This document shows, piece after piece, positions 26,941 through 42,600 of a stretch of DNA of 64,000 nt. Position 1 is the stretch's first letter. Each line of letters starts with the position of its first letter. Both the position numbers and the translations under genes were made by a program. Origin of the DNA: Paragordius varius (lineage: Eukaryota; Animalia; Nematomorpha); the NCBI GenBank assembly GCA_964247055.1, contig OZ176052.1, forward strand, positions 3,162,001-3,226,000, written 5' to 3'. The notes under the pieces were generated by a model. It worked only from the letters and a program-made list of their open reading frames with translations. It searched no databases and was not told the DNA's origin.

Positions 26941-29082
26941 ATGGATTCAGATGGCGAGGATTCCGATTCTACATTAAATGCCAAAACTAATGAAATATTC
27001 AATGATCCTAGGCTTAAAAAGCTGATAGATCAACGTCGCAATAATCCGGACCCTACTTACATGGGTGTGTCCGACTTTGGTGTCCTTGATGAAGATTTTG
27101 ATGATGGATCAGGGAAAGAGCCGAAATTTGATCCAAATAACCCTAAATCTATCGGGAAACGAATTTTATGGGCCGCTCAAAACAATCATTTAGATGTTAT
27201 ACAAGAACTGTTTGAAAATCCATCTTACGCACACCTTAAATTACCATTGACCGTTAAGGATGAAGATGGATACACACCATTGCACAGAGCTTGTTACAGT
27301 GGTCACACAGATATTGTTAAAGTAATGAAGTTTCCTCCTCTGAAAATATTTTAAACATTCATTTTATTTGAATATTTGATAGGAATGCATTTTAGGATTT
27401 AATTAATAGCATTTTAATGTTTTCTCTCGGAATTCAATTAAGCATCAAAATATTTTGAAGTGTTTCTATCTTTGTATAACTTGCAAAGCTTAATGTTTAT
27501 GTATCTGCTTACAAATCTTGTTCTAATATCTGCAAAGACATTTTAAACTTGGTTATATATTTTATTTTCGTACCTTAAAAAATATGCGACAAAATATTTT
27601 AAATTCATATTTAATAGTATTTTTAATGCGCACAAAAACATAAAATGCATATACCACAAATTTACTTTTTTAAATAATCGTTCCAGGGTCATCGACTATT
27701 TTAAAAGGTAATGCAGTGTTAACATAATTATTTAATGTGCAAAAATATTTTGCGAATAATATTTTTTGAAATAACATGCAAAAGAGGTATTAGAATCCAT
27801 ATTTCTTAATTTGATTCAATATAAATATATTTCTAATTATTTAGTTATATCGTCTACCTTAAAAGGTATTAACGTATGAAATTTAATATACAGTAAAATT
27901 AATAAATGATTATCACGAAAAAGAAATGAATATCCAAATGAAAAAAATGATTAGCACATGATAAAATATATGTATAATAAATACTCCATATAGGTCACAA
28001 ATTTTACATTTTTTAACCATTGGTAATACTATACTAAAACTTGAATCTTTACTTATGCATTAGTATTTATTGGATCATGGTTCTTACCCGAGAGCACGTA
28101 CCAATGAAGGGTGGGAACCTTTACATTGTGCCGCTTTTTGGTCAAATCCGGAATGCATGTCACTTTTATTAAACCATGATTTTGACATAAGTGGTAAATT
28201 TATTAGTTTTCATTTTGATCATTGTTGGAATACATTGTATATAAATGGCAAGGCTTTTACTTTTCACATTCCCTTTTTTATTTTCTAAGTAAATATTTTT
28301 TGCAGAACATGTGGCCTCTGGTGTTAAAATTTGGCCGACTTTTTTTGTTAGTTACGCTTTTTTACGTCTTTTTGTAAATTTTGATATATATATTATCTTT
28401 TTCTGCCAGGAAATCGTAGATTTTTAAAACTATTTTTTATTGCTGATTTTCATTTTCTGGCGAATCTTAATCGTCTGCTATAATTATATTTTATCAGTTA
28501 TACCACGAATATATCAAAAACAATTAAAAAACGCCCATGAAATTGAAAGAAACTATTTTTACATATGTAATATGGGGATCGATTTCACATATAATTATAT
28601 TGTTTAAAGCAAGAGTGTCCAACATGAATAGCTTCACAGCCAGCTAAATATAATATTTTTAAGTTTAGTTTGGCATTCACAATATTTTTTACCACAGGCC
28701 GCCAAAAATTTATTAGGCCACCTATTGGCACCCTTTTAAGTAATCTTATTTTTTCATGTTGTTTTTTATTAGTTACTTTATTTATCTTATTTGAACCTTG
28801 TTAGAGACAGATAAATCAATGACAGCCCAAAACAATCAAACCACAACTCATCAACACATGGTGAACGCCACAACCAAGGGCGGATTAACACCGCTGCACT
28901 TAGCGTGCCAAAATAATGCATCAAAGCCAGCGATAGAATTACTCTTGTTTCATCCATTCATTGATTTAACGTTAAAAACGCCCATGGGTGATACAGCCTT
29001 CAATATTGCTGAGAGAAAGTTTTGTCCAGAAATCGTTACACTTTTTCAGGCATTTTATGATCCCTCGCTTAATGGTGCATGA
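26941..29082 (+). CDS. ANKRD49: Ankyrin repeat domain-containing protein 49 (3 exons)
   Basis: Exons 26941-27321, 28064-28193 and 28805-29082 join in phase. Motifs ILWAAQNN, KDEDGYTPLHRACYSGH, GWEPLHCAAFW, NATTKGGLTPLHLA and ETAF-like DTAFNIA follow the human ANKRD49 order. Confidence 0.9.
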
Positions 29083-29336
29083 AAATATGAGAGCTTAAGT
29101 TTAATTTTATACCTTTCAAATGTGATACATCATTCCGTTTTCAAAATGTGTTTTGACTAATCAATTACGATAAATTAGCTAATTATATATATTCAGTTAC
29201 ATTTCTGTATATGACGAGACATATTTATATAATTATAACAATTTGTATTTATTTCAACTATGTACAATAACTCACACAACACCGTTAAAATATTATATAC
29301 TAAACGATTGTTTTGATTGGTTACATATTATATCTA

Positions 29337-32300
29337 TTAAAATCCCAAATCCCATACCAATTTAGGTTTGACTTTTTTAATGGTTATGCATCGAATTATG
29401 TCACCAGGTCGGTATCTGATTGACATTGGATTCATATTATTGCTCGTACTGGCAGTATGTATCGTATGATCATTTATAGCGTTTGTCAATTGATTTTTCC
29501 CATCTTTACGTTTGTTGTTTAATGATTCCAAAATAATTCCACATTCATTACCCTTACTAATTTCATCAGCATCAATCTTAAAACTTTTGAGGGAACCAAT
29601 TTTACCCTTGAACAAGGTTTTATTGGGGGTGGACTTTGATAATAATGCATGGTTTTCACGAAGCAAATAGGCATAAGTACATTTTTTATTCATCGTTCCA
29701 CTCTCTACCATACACCCGGCTACTGGGATTTTATTTTTGCCTTCAGTCACTATGAATTCTTGCTTAACACGCGCTTCACCTAACATGTATGATTCATAAA
29801 AAGGGAAATTTAGCGGATATAACGTAAAACTAAAAGATAAATATTTTTGTAAAACTATTCGTTTTAAACCTTACTTTTTCTTGAATAAACTATTTAATAA
29901 AATGTATAAATGATGTTACCATTTAACATCTCTCATTATAATTTTAAATAATCAGTTATACTAAAAAATCAAGGTTCAAATAGTACATAGGTCTTTTAAA
30001 AAAATATTTGCCTTTATATTTTTACGTTTTGTTTATATAATTTCAATTTTTATTATATTATTTATAGGAAAATGGAACTTTACAATTAAATTTTGGGGTA
30101 AATGACATTTTTATACCTATTTTCATTACTAAAATCAAACTTATTCTACCAAAATCAAAACTTTCTCTAACAAACTCGCCACTTTTTTAATCAAACTCCA
30201 TTTATTTTTAATTAAATCTTATAATAAAATGAAATATTTAATAAAATGTTTAATCCATTAATCTTTACTTTTTTTTAAGTTTATTTTTAAACTAAAAATA
30301 ATTAATTTAAATTTTCCAAGATATATAACAAATCATAATTTTTTATCCAACGAAAATAATTGTTTTTATTCATATCAAAAAGTTTATTTTTATTTTACTA
30401 TTCTTATATTATTAATTTTGTATGCCAGACTCAAATTTATATATATTTTTTTAAACTTAGTTAATAAAAAAAGTATATTTGAATATATCGAAATTCACCT
30501 TTAAATGCTTATTAAACTTAAAAATTCATAAAAATTCTTAATTTAATTAAAAATTGTTGACTTTGATGGAAAAAGATTGAATTCGTTTAAAATGTTCAAT
30601 TTCGTTTCAAAAAATGATAAATTTAAATGAAAAATTTACAAATTACTATTTAATTTTCACAAAAAATATAACCCATAACAACTTCTTCATCTAGCTCTGG
30701 TAAGATTGCGGTAAGTTCTGACATTAAATCATCATAAAGTTTGTATATAATTTGATGTCTTTTAATTTTTATGGACGGCTCTTCCGTGGCAGATTTGGTA
30801 TTTGAAACATTCGAGTCCACATTAAAAGCATATATAATACCTATTTTCAATCATAAATAATAATTTATATAATTATTTAATTAAAGATATAGCTTTTAAT
30901 TAAAATACATTATTTTTTGGCTCAGACGCGACATTTTTTGCTGTTGTTTAGAAAAATTATTTATAAAATTGTATAGTTATGGAAAAATCTTTTATATTAA
31001 AAAATATTGCGTAAAAATAAAGTTTATGTGTAACATTTTAAATTTGATGGGTTAATAAAACTCAACTCTAATTTAATAAAACTAAAACAATTATCATTGA
31101 GGATTGTGGCATCGTTTAACTATACCCTATTTCTAAATATAATTTCCAACAATATAAAGTTAGGGTATACAATATAGATTATTTTAAATATCAGGATGAA
31201 AAAGCGCCTTTAAGAAATTAATAAACTTGTCAATATAATTCTAATAACCATTAAAAGCTCTAGCAATTTCAACATCAAAGTCGGTCACTGGACCAATCCC
31301 ATAATGAAGGATATCAAGGGTACAATAATTTTGTGTTTCATCAAAACTTTCTACCATATCAAGGATGGCTTCAAGTGAACCATTTACATCCGCTACATAA
31401 ATTAGGTTTAGGGTTAATTGCAAGGATTGAATTTAAAAAGAAACCAAAAGTTTTTTTTATATAAATCATTATCAAATCAATTGGATTTTAAGGGTTTCTA
31501 AGATGAATACTATCAACTTTATATGTGTTGCTATGGAGATAAAATTAATATATTCTTAAAATTTTATGTGAGGTATTTGTAATATAAAACGCATTTAAAA
31601 ATAATTTATTGTATGTCCAACAAATAAATTAAATTACCTTTTATTACGATGGGGAGATGTGGTTTTTCCACAATGTTATTTTGGTTGTCCAAAAATGTTT
31701 TTTCAGACGTAGACGGATGCGATTGTTGCTGAGAAAGCATCCGTGGTAACCTTTTGTATTTTAGTGCACGTCGCATTTCTAAATCTTTTTTATACCTAAA
31801 ATATGTTGCTATACGAAAAAGTTGTATTAAAATGAATAATTATCAAATTTGTAAAAAGGTATTTTAGAAATAAATATTAGTATATACAGACTTTAGTCTC
31901 TTTATTATGTAAAGAAACCCTAACAAGGTTTGATCAAGACTTGAGAAAGATTCAACATTTATTTTCCTAGAGCTGGTAAGAAATAACAATGACATAATAT
32001 ATTGTTTTTTAAAAACTATATTCTTACAAAACATAATGTGTGCCCGAGTTTTATGCCTAAAAAGCGAATTTTTAATAAAGATTGAATGAAATGAACATAT
32101 ACTGTTCTAGATGTGCGCTTCGTTGAACTTCAATAACTTTCCAATCCTCTTCCATTTTTTCAAGCGATTCTTGTCGTTCAAGGGCTCGAATAATTTGTTT
32201 GGCTTTTTCCTAAAAACACAACAATCAAAAAATGGAATGCGATAATTTTTATCGCATAAAGAAAGACAATTATCACATTTACATTATAAAAAAGCAAATT

Positions 32301-35300
32301 TTTAAAAAAATAAAATGTTTGATTTTATAGTTTATCCTCTATAAAACGGAACTGTTATACATTTAAATAACATATTTCCATTATAATAGTATATAAATTT
32401 TAAAAAATGTATAATCAATTAAATGTTTTAAGATAAAACATTTTATACTGCGGGTGATGATTAAGGTAACCATTTATATATGAATGACATAAAAAAGTAG
32501 TATTTTTATAGCAGTTGCAGTACCTATTAAAAAGTGTTTATAAGAGATTTGGTTTGGTTTGATATGCTAAAAAATATTAAAAATCGGTTATTTTTCTTTT
32601 TAGTTTAAAAAATTTTTTTATAAGCTCTTTATTGTTACCTCAGATTCTATTTGATAAATTCGGGAACCAACCATTGGAAGTGATTTCCATCCAATAACCT
32701 CTGCTGGGTATCTTAAACAAGTGATTAAAAATAGCCATAAAAATATATTTTAAGTTTAATTAAAATAATCATATTTAAAAGATAAAATATTTTATTGGAT
32801 TTCAACAGAAGTTTTTGATTTATGTTTTATAATCAGTGTAACAAAAAGTGACGTTAAAATTATTGACCCGATAATATTCGCTGGTAAACAACTTAAATTG
32901 AAAAAATATCACGATTTTATAATTATAACTTGCTAAACTTATATCTTTAAAGAAAGCAACATTGTAAACCAAAAAAATTCTAATATTTTATATATAAATA
33001 TATATATATATTTATATAGCCAAATCATAATTAAACTAATAATTTGAAAAAATACCCCGGACACACCGATTTCAGTATTTGACCATTTTCCCCAAACAGC
33101 GCTCTAACTTTACAATAAGCCGGAGATAAATCAATCGTAGACTTTAAATTCTCATCGGATGGATTGTTAATTGATTGTTCTTGTTGCATTTTTTCATTAA
33201 ACAAGGAAATGAGTATGTCACCTTTCTTAAGCGTTCCTCGTGTAATTAGCAGTGTACTTAATATACTGTGTTGTTTTATATTAATTATAAAAGTTATTTC
33301 TAATTAACATACTCCAATTTAAAGTAAATCATATATAGATATATTGGCCCAAAATTTTGGTAACATTAACATTTACCTATCGAATTCACCCTTAACCACT
33401 TCGATTCACCTTTAAACATTTCATATTGCCCCTAAATATAAATAAACTGTTTTCGCGCTAAATTAACACATATTTAATACTATTTCATGAAAATAATAAA
33501 TACTAATCTCGTTTTTAGCTTGTATTATATAATATAAGAAATGAATATATTTACCCTCTGTTTTTATCCAGTTTAGATTCAATAATTGCCCCTTCAACCT
33601 TACCAATATAATCAGCGCGTAAATCCAACATTTCTGCTTGTGCAAGAACGGATTCTAATAAACCATTTATGTTGGTTCCCTAGAGGCATACAGGAAAAAA
33701 CGTTTTAAATAAATTTATAATAATATACATCTCTCAAATGTATTTTTTAAAAATATATACTTTAAAGTTTTGAAATTATGTATTTTTTGCAAAATTTCAC
33801 ATTTAATGCTAAATTATTTAGGATTTTAGCTAAACTTTATATTTTTGTTGCAAAATAATTCCTATATATAGTGCCAACGTAAGATTTATGAAAATCCATA
33901 TTTAAACCCACAAACCTTTTGTTTTTATATGCTTCATATAATTCTCTTTGTGTAATATTTTTGTGCTAAAAATTATATTTTTACCGACAAATTTATTTTA
34001 AAAAAATTTACAAAAATAGATATATTAACACAAAAACATATAACCATATAAGAATTATATTTCGAAATGAAAATCCCGATTACAGAAAAATTGTTTAAAA
34101 ATCATACTTTAAGTGCAGATATTGGTACAACTTGAATATCCCCGCCAAATTCTTCGGGCGATAAACCATGTGATAATAAATCATATTTCACTTTTTCCTA
34201 CATAAGCAACAAACCAATAAATCAAATAATTATGTAAAATATATAAAATAAATTTTTCTTGACATTTTTATTAAAAAAATATAACATACCAAATCCAAAT
34301 TGGGTTTATCAATTTTGTTGAGTGCTACAATGATTGGTACTAAAAAACGATATCAAAAATAAAAAAACATTTTATACAACTATAAACAAATAAGCTATAG
34401 GGTATAAATTTAAGTATAAAACTAATATTTTTATAGAAACCTAAAGAAAATCATAATTAAATAATAAAATTTTAATATTTCATTAACATATTTATAATAA
34501 CACACTTATAATTATGTGGATACACAGATATATATCCTACATGGGTACTATATATTTTATACATTCCACATATTCTAAAATTCCCTTAATAAATATATGC
34601 ACCAAATAAAACATTTTTGGGGCTTAAATCAATACAATAAAATTTCTATCCAATCACAAAAAAACAATCTTAAAGGACTAATCAAATACCAGTTTAGTGT
34701 CACTTAATGTGGCCAAAAAATTAAGTCAATTAAATCAAAAGTTTAAAGTGAATACTTTTAGATTCTTGGGCAAATTTGATGGATTGTACGGTTTGAGACA
34801 TGACCCCATCATCAGCTGCAACGACTAAAATAGCTAAATCAGTTAAATGACATCCACGGCTACGCATATTTGCAAACGCGGCATGTCCAGGAGTATCAAT
34901 GAATGTTATCACATCTTTACTGGCGTTTTCGAGTTTGACTGTGGCCAAAAAAAATTCATATTTAAATTTAGATTGAAAAAAAAACCCTCGTTAATTTTGT
35001 GCTTAAAATATAATTAAATTGATAAATACGGAACGTAAAACACAATCAATGATATTTTACGTTTGATATAATTATTTTTATAAGATATATTAAATTCATA
35101 TTTAAATTTAGATTAGAAAAAATAATCCTCCTTAATTTTGTGCTTATAATATAATTAAATTGAAAAGTATACAATAGAGATGTACATTGTAACACAATTA
35201 ATTATGTATGCTACGTTTGATAAGATAATAATATTTATAAGATAAATTAAGGTTGCAAAAAAATATGGCTGTTCTTTTGAATCTTAAATTTTGTCTTTAT

Positions 35301-36559
35301 ATTTTTACGTTTTGTCCGGATGTTTATAATATATATATATACCTTAGGTTAAAGTTGTTTTACATTTCTAATTGAATTAGGGATAAAGTAAAACTAAATG
35401 CCATTTTAAGATCAGTTTGGTTTAAACTGTAAGGCAATAAAGAATATTTATATAATTATAATAAATATAGATAAATTATAAATTTGTAAAATTGACTTTA
35501 CAAGAATATACAGTGATGTTATAAAACCCAGCCAAGTTAAAACAATTACAATCACAAAGTTATTTAGATCAAAAGGCACCGAATATCAATTTATTTCCCC
35601 CCTTATTTATTATTGTATTAAAGTATCAATAAATATATAATTTATTAAACAAAAAATTTATTACAAAGACAATCATATATTCCGACGATCGATTGATTGT
35701 TAATCAATTACACACAAAATTTTCACAATAAAGTAATATGAACTCTTCTATCATATAACAAGTGTAAAATATTCGACAAAAAGATGTAAAAGTATATACA
35801 AAAAAATCGACAATAACCTCCTAATTTTTTTTAATTTTTATATTTTTTTTCATTTTTAGCGATAAACTTTGCTACCCCAAATTGAGATAGTGTGTAAAAG
35901 TTTCAAAATTTTATCTTCAAAAAAATTGACGGGAATCGATCCTGCAGTTTCTTTCTAAGGGAGCTTAAACGATACAAATATAGTTGTTGTTTAAATTAAT
36001 TATATAATTTTAAACTTGCATATCTTCTATTCTATTCTTTCTTTGAATCATATTTGTCTTTTGTTTACTACTTAGAAGTATTTAACAAATTCTAAATTAT
36101 TTGCGAAAACACTTGTGACAAGTTAACCATATTGTATCAAAATAATAGGCTATTATACTTAGAATTAAAAAGTGGTAATATTTAAACCATTTGACTTAAA
36201 ATCAATGGCATTGCAAGCCAAAATTATTTTGTTCGAACCGAAATATGATTAAAAACCATTTATTTTCTCGAAAAAATGGTTGTTGAAAGATATCGTATTT
36301 TATAAAAAAAATACGGAGTGGGTTTAATTCCAAATTGTAATATATAATTTTCATAGCTGGCTGACTATAGTTGGTAAAACGTGTAAAATTAAATCATATT
36401 GCATTAAAAATGTATTTAATCTACATCATATTCAATCAAAAAGTTAGTTAGTTATGTCTATATTATTGCGCGCTGATATAGAAACAAACACTTAAAAGGT
36501 GTAGGGCATATCAATTATATGAATTTATCACATTATTAACTTAACAATTTTAACCTCCT

Positions 36560-36605
<46 letters not shown>

Positions 36606-39600
36606 ATATTATATTTTCAATAAAATTTTAATGGCTGTTTTCAAATTAATTTATATTTAACTTAAATATTTGTATATTTGTAAGTATTAACATATTTTTT
36701 TTTCAATTCATTATGACATAATAAATATTTCGAATTAACTGATTAAAACAAATAAATACTACTACTACTACGTTTTCCGTGTAATATCAAAGATCAGATA
36801 GAGAGTAATGAATAAAAAAAATCTTTTTTCAAATATAAACTCTTTATATTATATTGGTATTCGTATTTTATCATTGGAAACAAAGAAACGAAACGACATA
36901 TAGGTATATAGTTAGAAAGAGTTACCTGTAAAAGGCGAAATTAAAAAGAAAACTTTATAAAAAAAATAATTATCAAAAATTTAGATTATTATGTATATAA
37001 ATTAATTTAATATAAAATTTAATGATTATATATTAATTATCATTATAAATATTTTTATTTTTATAAATTTAATATTTATAACATTAAACTGAGTGCATTC
37101 AAAAATTTTGCAAACATTCATATTTAATCCGAAAATTGTTGTAAATCCAATCCATGTAAACTTTAACAATGATAATAATTAAATTTGGTACTCACTCATA
37201 TAACTGCATTTTACAACTTTTGCAGCGAGGAAAAAACCATTCTGAAAACAAAAAAAATGTCAAATATTGTTAATCAAAACTAATTGTCATATGAAGATAT
37301 CTTAAACGCTCTCAATTTGGGAATATATATATAAATCCGATAACATCTTTAAAAAAATATAGTATTTGTTAAAAAGTCCAAGTATGGCTCCATACAATTC
37401 CGTTATCATAACCCTAGTTATATTGGCTTCAGGAACTTTGTTACCAAATTGTTTTACCCGTTTTTGGGTATTGGGATCGAACCAAAATAAAACGCATTGG
37501 TTAGATAAAGTAGAAAAAACTACACCGATAGATTTAACATCAACATCTATTCGTGTTACCCCAACATTTGATAGCAATGATGTTAATGTGATTAGTTACG
37601 GAGATCAAGACTATTCAACTATGAAATTTAGGCGAAATCCGGTCTGGAAAATACCGAGATCTCACGCCTCCTATAAAACATTATTCCTTTACGATGGTTT
37701 TGGAGGTAATAAATTACAACAAAATTTAAACAAAAACTAGACAATGAAAAGTTGAATGTTTGTTAAATAGTAAAAATTTTTTGGACATTAAATGTCGATA
37801 AAAGCTTATCATAAGAGACATAAAAATATCAACATATAATTTTTTTGTCTTTCACTCATTCTTCAATTAATATAGCTAAATGTTATCTAAGTTTTCCAAG
37901 TAATATAAACTAAATTTTCAACATTTTTTTTATTTATATGCAGGTAAACGAGTATCAACATCCTTCTCCGACTTTGATAACACAAATTATGCAGCTCGTA
38001 TCAAAAAGTTTCAAGACATAAGGAAAAAATTTGTCCCTACCGCTTTTTATCATGATATGTTTGGGACTATTCCTAAACGGGATTCTGCCCCTCTCTTTTA
38101 TGCTGGCCACAGATATCATCTAAATAAAATGTATAATAGATCATCACCGGTGGCCACCAACTTACATCCCAGCATAGTAAGGGATTGGCAAAGTAATGCC
38201 CAATACTTGATACGGAATGATAGGAAGGAGAATCAAATGAAAACGTTTTGGCAAACCGAAAATGTTAAAAATCATGAACAAGGTATGTTACCGAAATCTC
38301 CGGATTCTAATAACGTTGTTGTGGATGAAGACGGTGAACAAGATTGGATAAATGAACACCACGAGGAACTGCCTGAAAAAGAATGGGACGATCTGATAAA
38401 TCGAGAAATAAATGATGTAGAACACTCCACATACAATGAATTTGCCCCCAAAAGTCGACCCAAACTGGTGAATGCTAAAAGGCGACATAAAAAACTAAAC
38501 CAAAAGCACGGTAAAAAGGGCGATGTTGACAACAAAGACACTAATACAGAAACGAATTCAGGGGATACTGCTCAGAATGAGTCGGAAAAACCGGTTAAAA
38601 AGCCTAAACAAAACCGGGACCAATTTTCATCATCCTTTTTATACAATAACGATAATAATATCAATAATCACAAAAATAAAAATGAACATATGCATCATAA
38701 TTACAATAATATTTGGTCATTCTCACAAGAGTTTACTACACCGATTCCTAGTAAAAACAATGATTTAATAGAAAAAAATGAAACATATCTTACTCTCACA
38801 AGGGAAAAGAAGACAAAATATGGCCAGCCAGTTTCGTCTCGAGATACTCCAATTTGGCCCAATACAGTCAATGATACATATGTACCGGCGACTACTCCTA
38901 TATCTCATGTCAAAAATGAACATAACGCTCAACCAGAGTACCAAGATGTATCAAAGAAAAGTTTGACCAGCACTGTAGGCGAAATCGAAGTGGGTAAAAA
39001 TGAAACAGAAACTCCTTCATTCGTGTACGTGGTGTTGGATGAAACATTTTCCTTGCCCGCCATGATAAATAAGAAATTGTTGAGGCACGATAGCGCAAAC
39101 CAATCCCTCATCAAGAATGTCATGATACCATTCATAGCAAGGGATCCTGTATGGAATCCAGATTGGTCTAAACAGTTTAACATTTTAAGTCAACGTTACG
39201 ATAATAACAACAGGAATCGAAAGATAGGAAACAGCGACGATGATCGACACATTCAACCCCAATTCCCAGTGTTATCGAATGAGTCATTTGATTCAGGTAA
39301 ACGACGTCAAAATGAAAACAACCATCCCAAGTTTGATGATAAATCTCTCAGTCTTTTCCCGTACGTTATGGCGGCCTACCTTGAAAAAGAGGATAGTAGT
39401 GGAAGCAACCCAATATTTTATTTGTCCAATGCAACAGATTCAGGAGGAAACCATTTTCAATTAGAAGGACAATCGGATAGTTTTGGGGTTGGTAATTCAA
39501 ACGTAGATACTAATCAAAATATGTATCAACATTTCACCAATCATGGCAAAAATATGATAAGTGTAGAAAGTGAACCAAGTATAGAAATGATTGAGGAATG

Positions 39601-42600
39601 GTTAAGCCGCAAAAAGAATTGGCATGTTCCAGGTAATATATAGAGATTTGATTAATTTATGCTAATCGTTGCAAAAAAAGTTATTTGGTTAACCGAGTGT
39701 TTATAATATATTTTTAAATTCTAATAAGTTAACAATGTGCATCTCGACTAATGTGTTTTATCGAGTGTTGTTAAGCCATAAAGATAAAGTTTTTACAAAT
39801 TTTTCTACAAGAGTTCAATTTGCAAGGCACTATAGTTAAACAGCCAATAAAGTTTGAATTAATGTGCTGCACATTAGGAGTCGAGTCCCAATACTTTATG
39901 AATTTGATTGGAATAAGGTTTTGGCGAAGTGCTTATATGCCAGCTTCAACGTATATAGTGTAATTTTTTGCATGATATGAGGAGCCATTATTACTTTACA
40001 ACTTAACTTTATCATTGTGAACAAAAAATTTTTAAAAAAAACGGTAAATTTAATTATCTCAAACATGCATGATTGTAGGAATAGAGTGAATAGGTTGCCT
40101 TATAAAAAATTCTCAGTTTTTGTTTTTATAACAAAATAAACTCTTCTGAAAAAAGGACAGACAGATTTTCTTGATAGTAACAATAAATCGATGTAATTTC
40201 AACTTAGAATGAATAGTTATCATATATGATGGTTTAAAGTTACTTAATTCAAACTGCACCTGTGTTTATTCCGATAATCAATTAACTTTTGACGGGTAGG
40301 TAAATCCGTTTTTCAAAAGATTGCGTTAAAAGTATTGGTTAATTGATGCCGTTTTTAGGGTGGATGGATTAAAACAGATATTTAAGCCCTTAGAATTTAA
40401 AGTACGCCAATGTTATAAAGTAGAGTTTTAGGTTTCAAACAATTTTTAAATTACAGTGAAGTGATTTTCATATGTATCGATTTTTGGAAACCTTTAATGC
40501 TAAGAATTAGCACATATAATGCTTTACTTGGGGTCAAGCATGAAAAAATAAAAAATGTTTGGCTAATCATGTAATATTCATTGTTAATTTATCATGGAAG
40601 CTAATCTTAAACATAATATTAAGGATGTCAAAAGGTATTTGTATATACCATTTGCACTTTAAGAGTGTCATTGAACAGTTCAAGTTGGTCCTTGAACACT
40701 TCAAGTTGGTCCCTTGAACATTTTAAGTTGGTCCTTGAACACTTCAAGTTAATCTTTTAAATTTTTAAATTTTGATTTAACCATAATTTTTGCATTTATT
40801 TTTTATTTTATTATTAATTAATCTAATTTTCTTTATTTTATATTTATTCATTTAAAAATAAATTTTTTTATTGAAAAACCACTTTTTTGTTTCAAACAAT
40901 TTTCATTTCATGTTAAAATCTTATAAATATCCAAAATTATTTTAAGAAATTAATAAAGATATACGGTTTCTCAAAGATTAAAAGTAGATATCGTTTTAAA
41001 ATATATGTTAAATAATAGAAAATAGGTTAAAAACAATAAAATAGATGAAATATTTAAGATTTGATTGATAAAAGTTATAAACAAAACAAAAAAGTCAAAG
41101 GACCAACTTGAAGTGTTCAAGGAGCAACTTGAAATGTTCAAGGACACTCTTGAAGTGCAAATGGTATATTAATTAACAATAAAGGGCAACAGTTAAGTTT
41201 AAAATAAATTGAATATTTTTTATAATAAAACGCCTGACAAAAAATTGTTAAAAAGCACAAAATTTTTATTACCTTTCAACCAATCATATATTTATTACCT
41301 TTACAACATTTCATATTATGATAAATTTAGGTTATGCCGCAACAAAATCGACACCTATACCAATTGATTTTGATCCCTTACTATTGGAAACAAACGAAGA
41401 AAAAATGAAATTTTACCTTAAATCATATCAAGTTCTGGCACACGAATTATTCGGTGATCAGTCCCATGACACGGAAAAAGAAAGTGATATGGCCAAAAAC
41501 TTCAATTTCAAACCATTCACAAAACTAAATTATAAAAAACAACCCATACCTTACGGAGTAGAAAAGGGATATGCGGGCAACCATGTGAATGATAGAAATA
41601 ATCAAAGAGTAACCCAACCATCGGATAAAATCAATGTTGACCCGCCGCTCAAATACTCATATTTGCAACGTTACCTTAAGCATAAACATGCAGAAGCGAA
41701 AAAAAGAGCCAAAACTCATCAAAGAGATGACACCGAAAAATCAACTAAACCCAATCCATTTAATTTTGGTGCGATTATTACACAGCAAAAACCAGAAAAT
41801 AATGTAATGAGACCGCCGCCGTCCATAAAAACACAAAATTCTCAAAACTATTTCATATATGACATACAAAAAAATCGTGAAAGCGGTGCATTAACTACTA
41901 ATGTTGCACATCAAAACCAGCATAATCTCTATTACAGTGGTGTGGAAAAAGAGTTACCTGAAGCGACAGATTTAATTCTCAATACAAACCATAATAAGGT
42001 TAGGGATAAAAGTATCATTACTCCCAGCACGAATAGATGGGTCATCAATCAAAATATTTTCCCAAATTACATTGATGTCCGGAATGAAGCTCAAATAGCT
42101 AAACATCCACGTTTGGCAATAATCAATCGAAATAAATACAATTTTCCATTAGCGCAAGATTCTAGGGTAAGCGACGACACATTTGCAACAAATAACGAAG
42201 GAAATTTAAATATGCAATTAGTTCGGGAGTATGTTAGTAATCAGAATAGTGAATTACTTCCATACAATATGAACTCCAAAGACGGTCAAGATACCTCTAA
42301 TACCGATGATAGATTATTAGAATTGAATAATCGAGAGGAACACGTCTCTAAAACAATCGATCCATTTTTGATTCCGAGACCGAATCCACCATCATCAGAA
42401 TTCGCAGCAAACAATCAAACTTTTGCCTCGAAAAATAATGATATAGATACCCTAATGTTTAGAAATAATGAAAGATATAACGGTATGAAAATACAGGAAA
42501 ATGTTAATCAAAACGATGGTTTCATAGATGCAATAGTATCTCGCAGTTATCTATTACCATCTTTACAGAGATCAAAGCAGACGAAAGGTACATACATGTT

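Noticed and set aside
26898-27002. ORF-track extension of the TFB2M frame overlapping ANKRD49
   Set aside because: Starts at TTG and is antisense to acidic ANKRD49 codons. ATG 26897 gives a plausible transit peptide.
39780-39960. Possible CR1/L2 RT C-terminal relic; similar hints at ~57700-58260
   Set aside because: Only vague motif echoes across frameshifts; cannot be supported without a profile search.
40670-40750. ~21-bp direct repeats resembling a CRISPR array
   Set aside because: Units are contiguous with no unique spacers, recur inverted at the other end of a TIR element, and there are no cas genes. They are MITE subterminal repeats in a eukaryotic intron.
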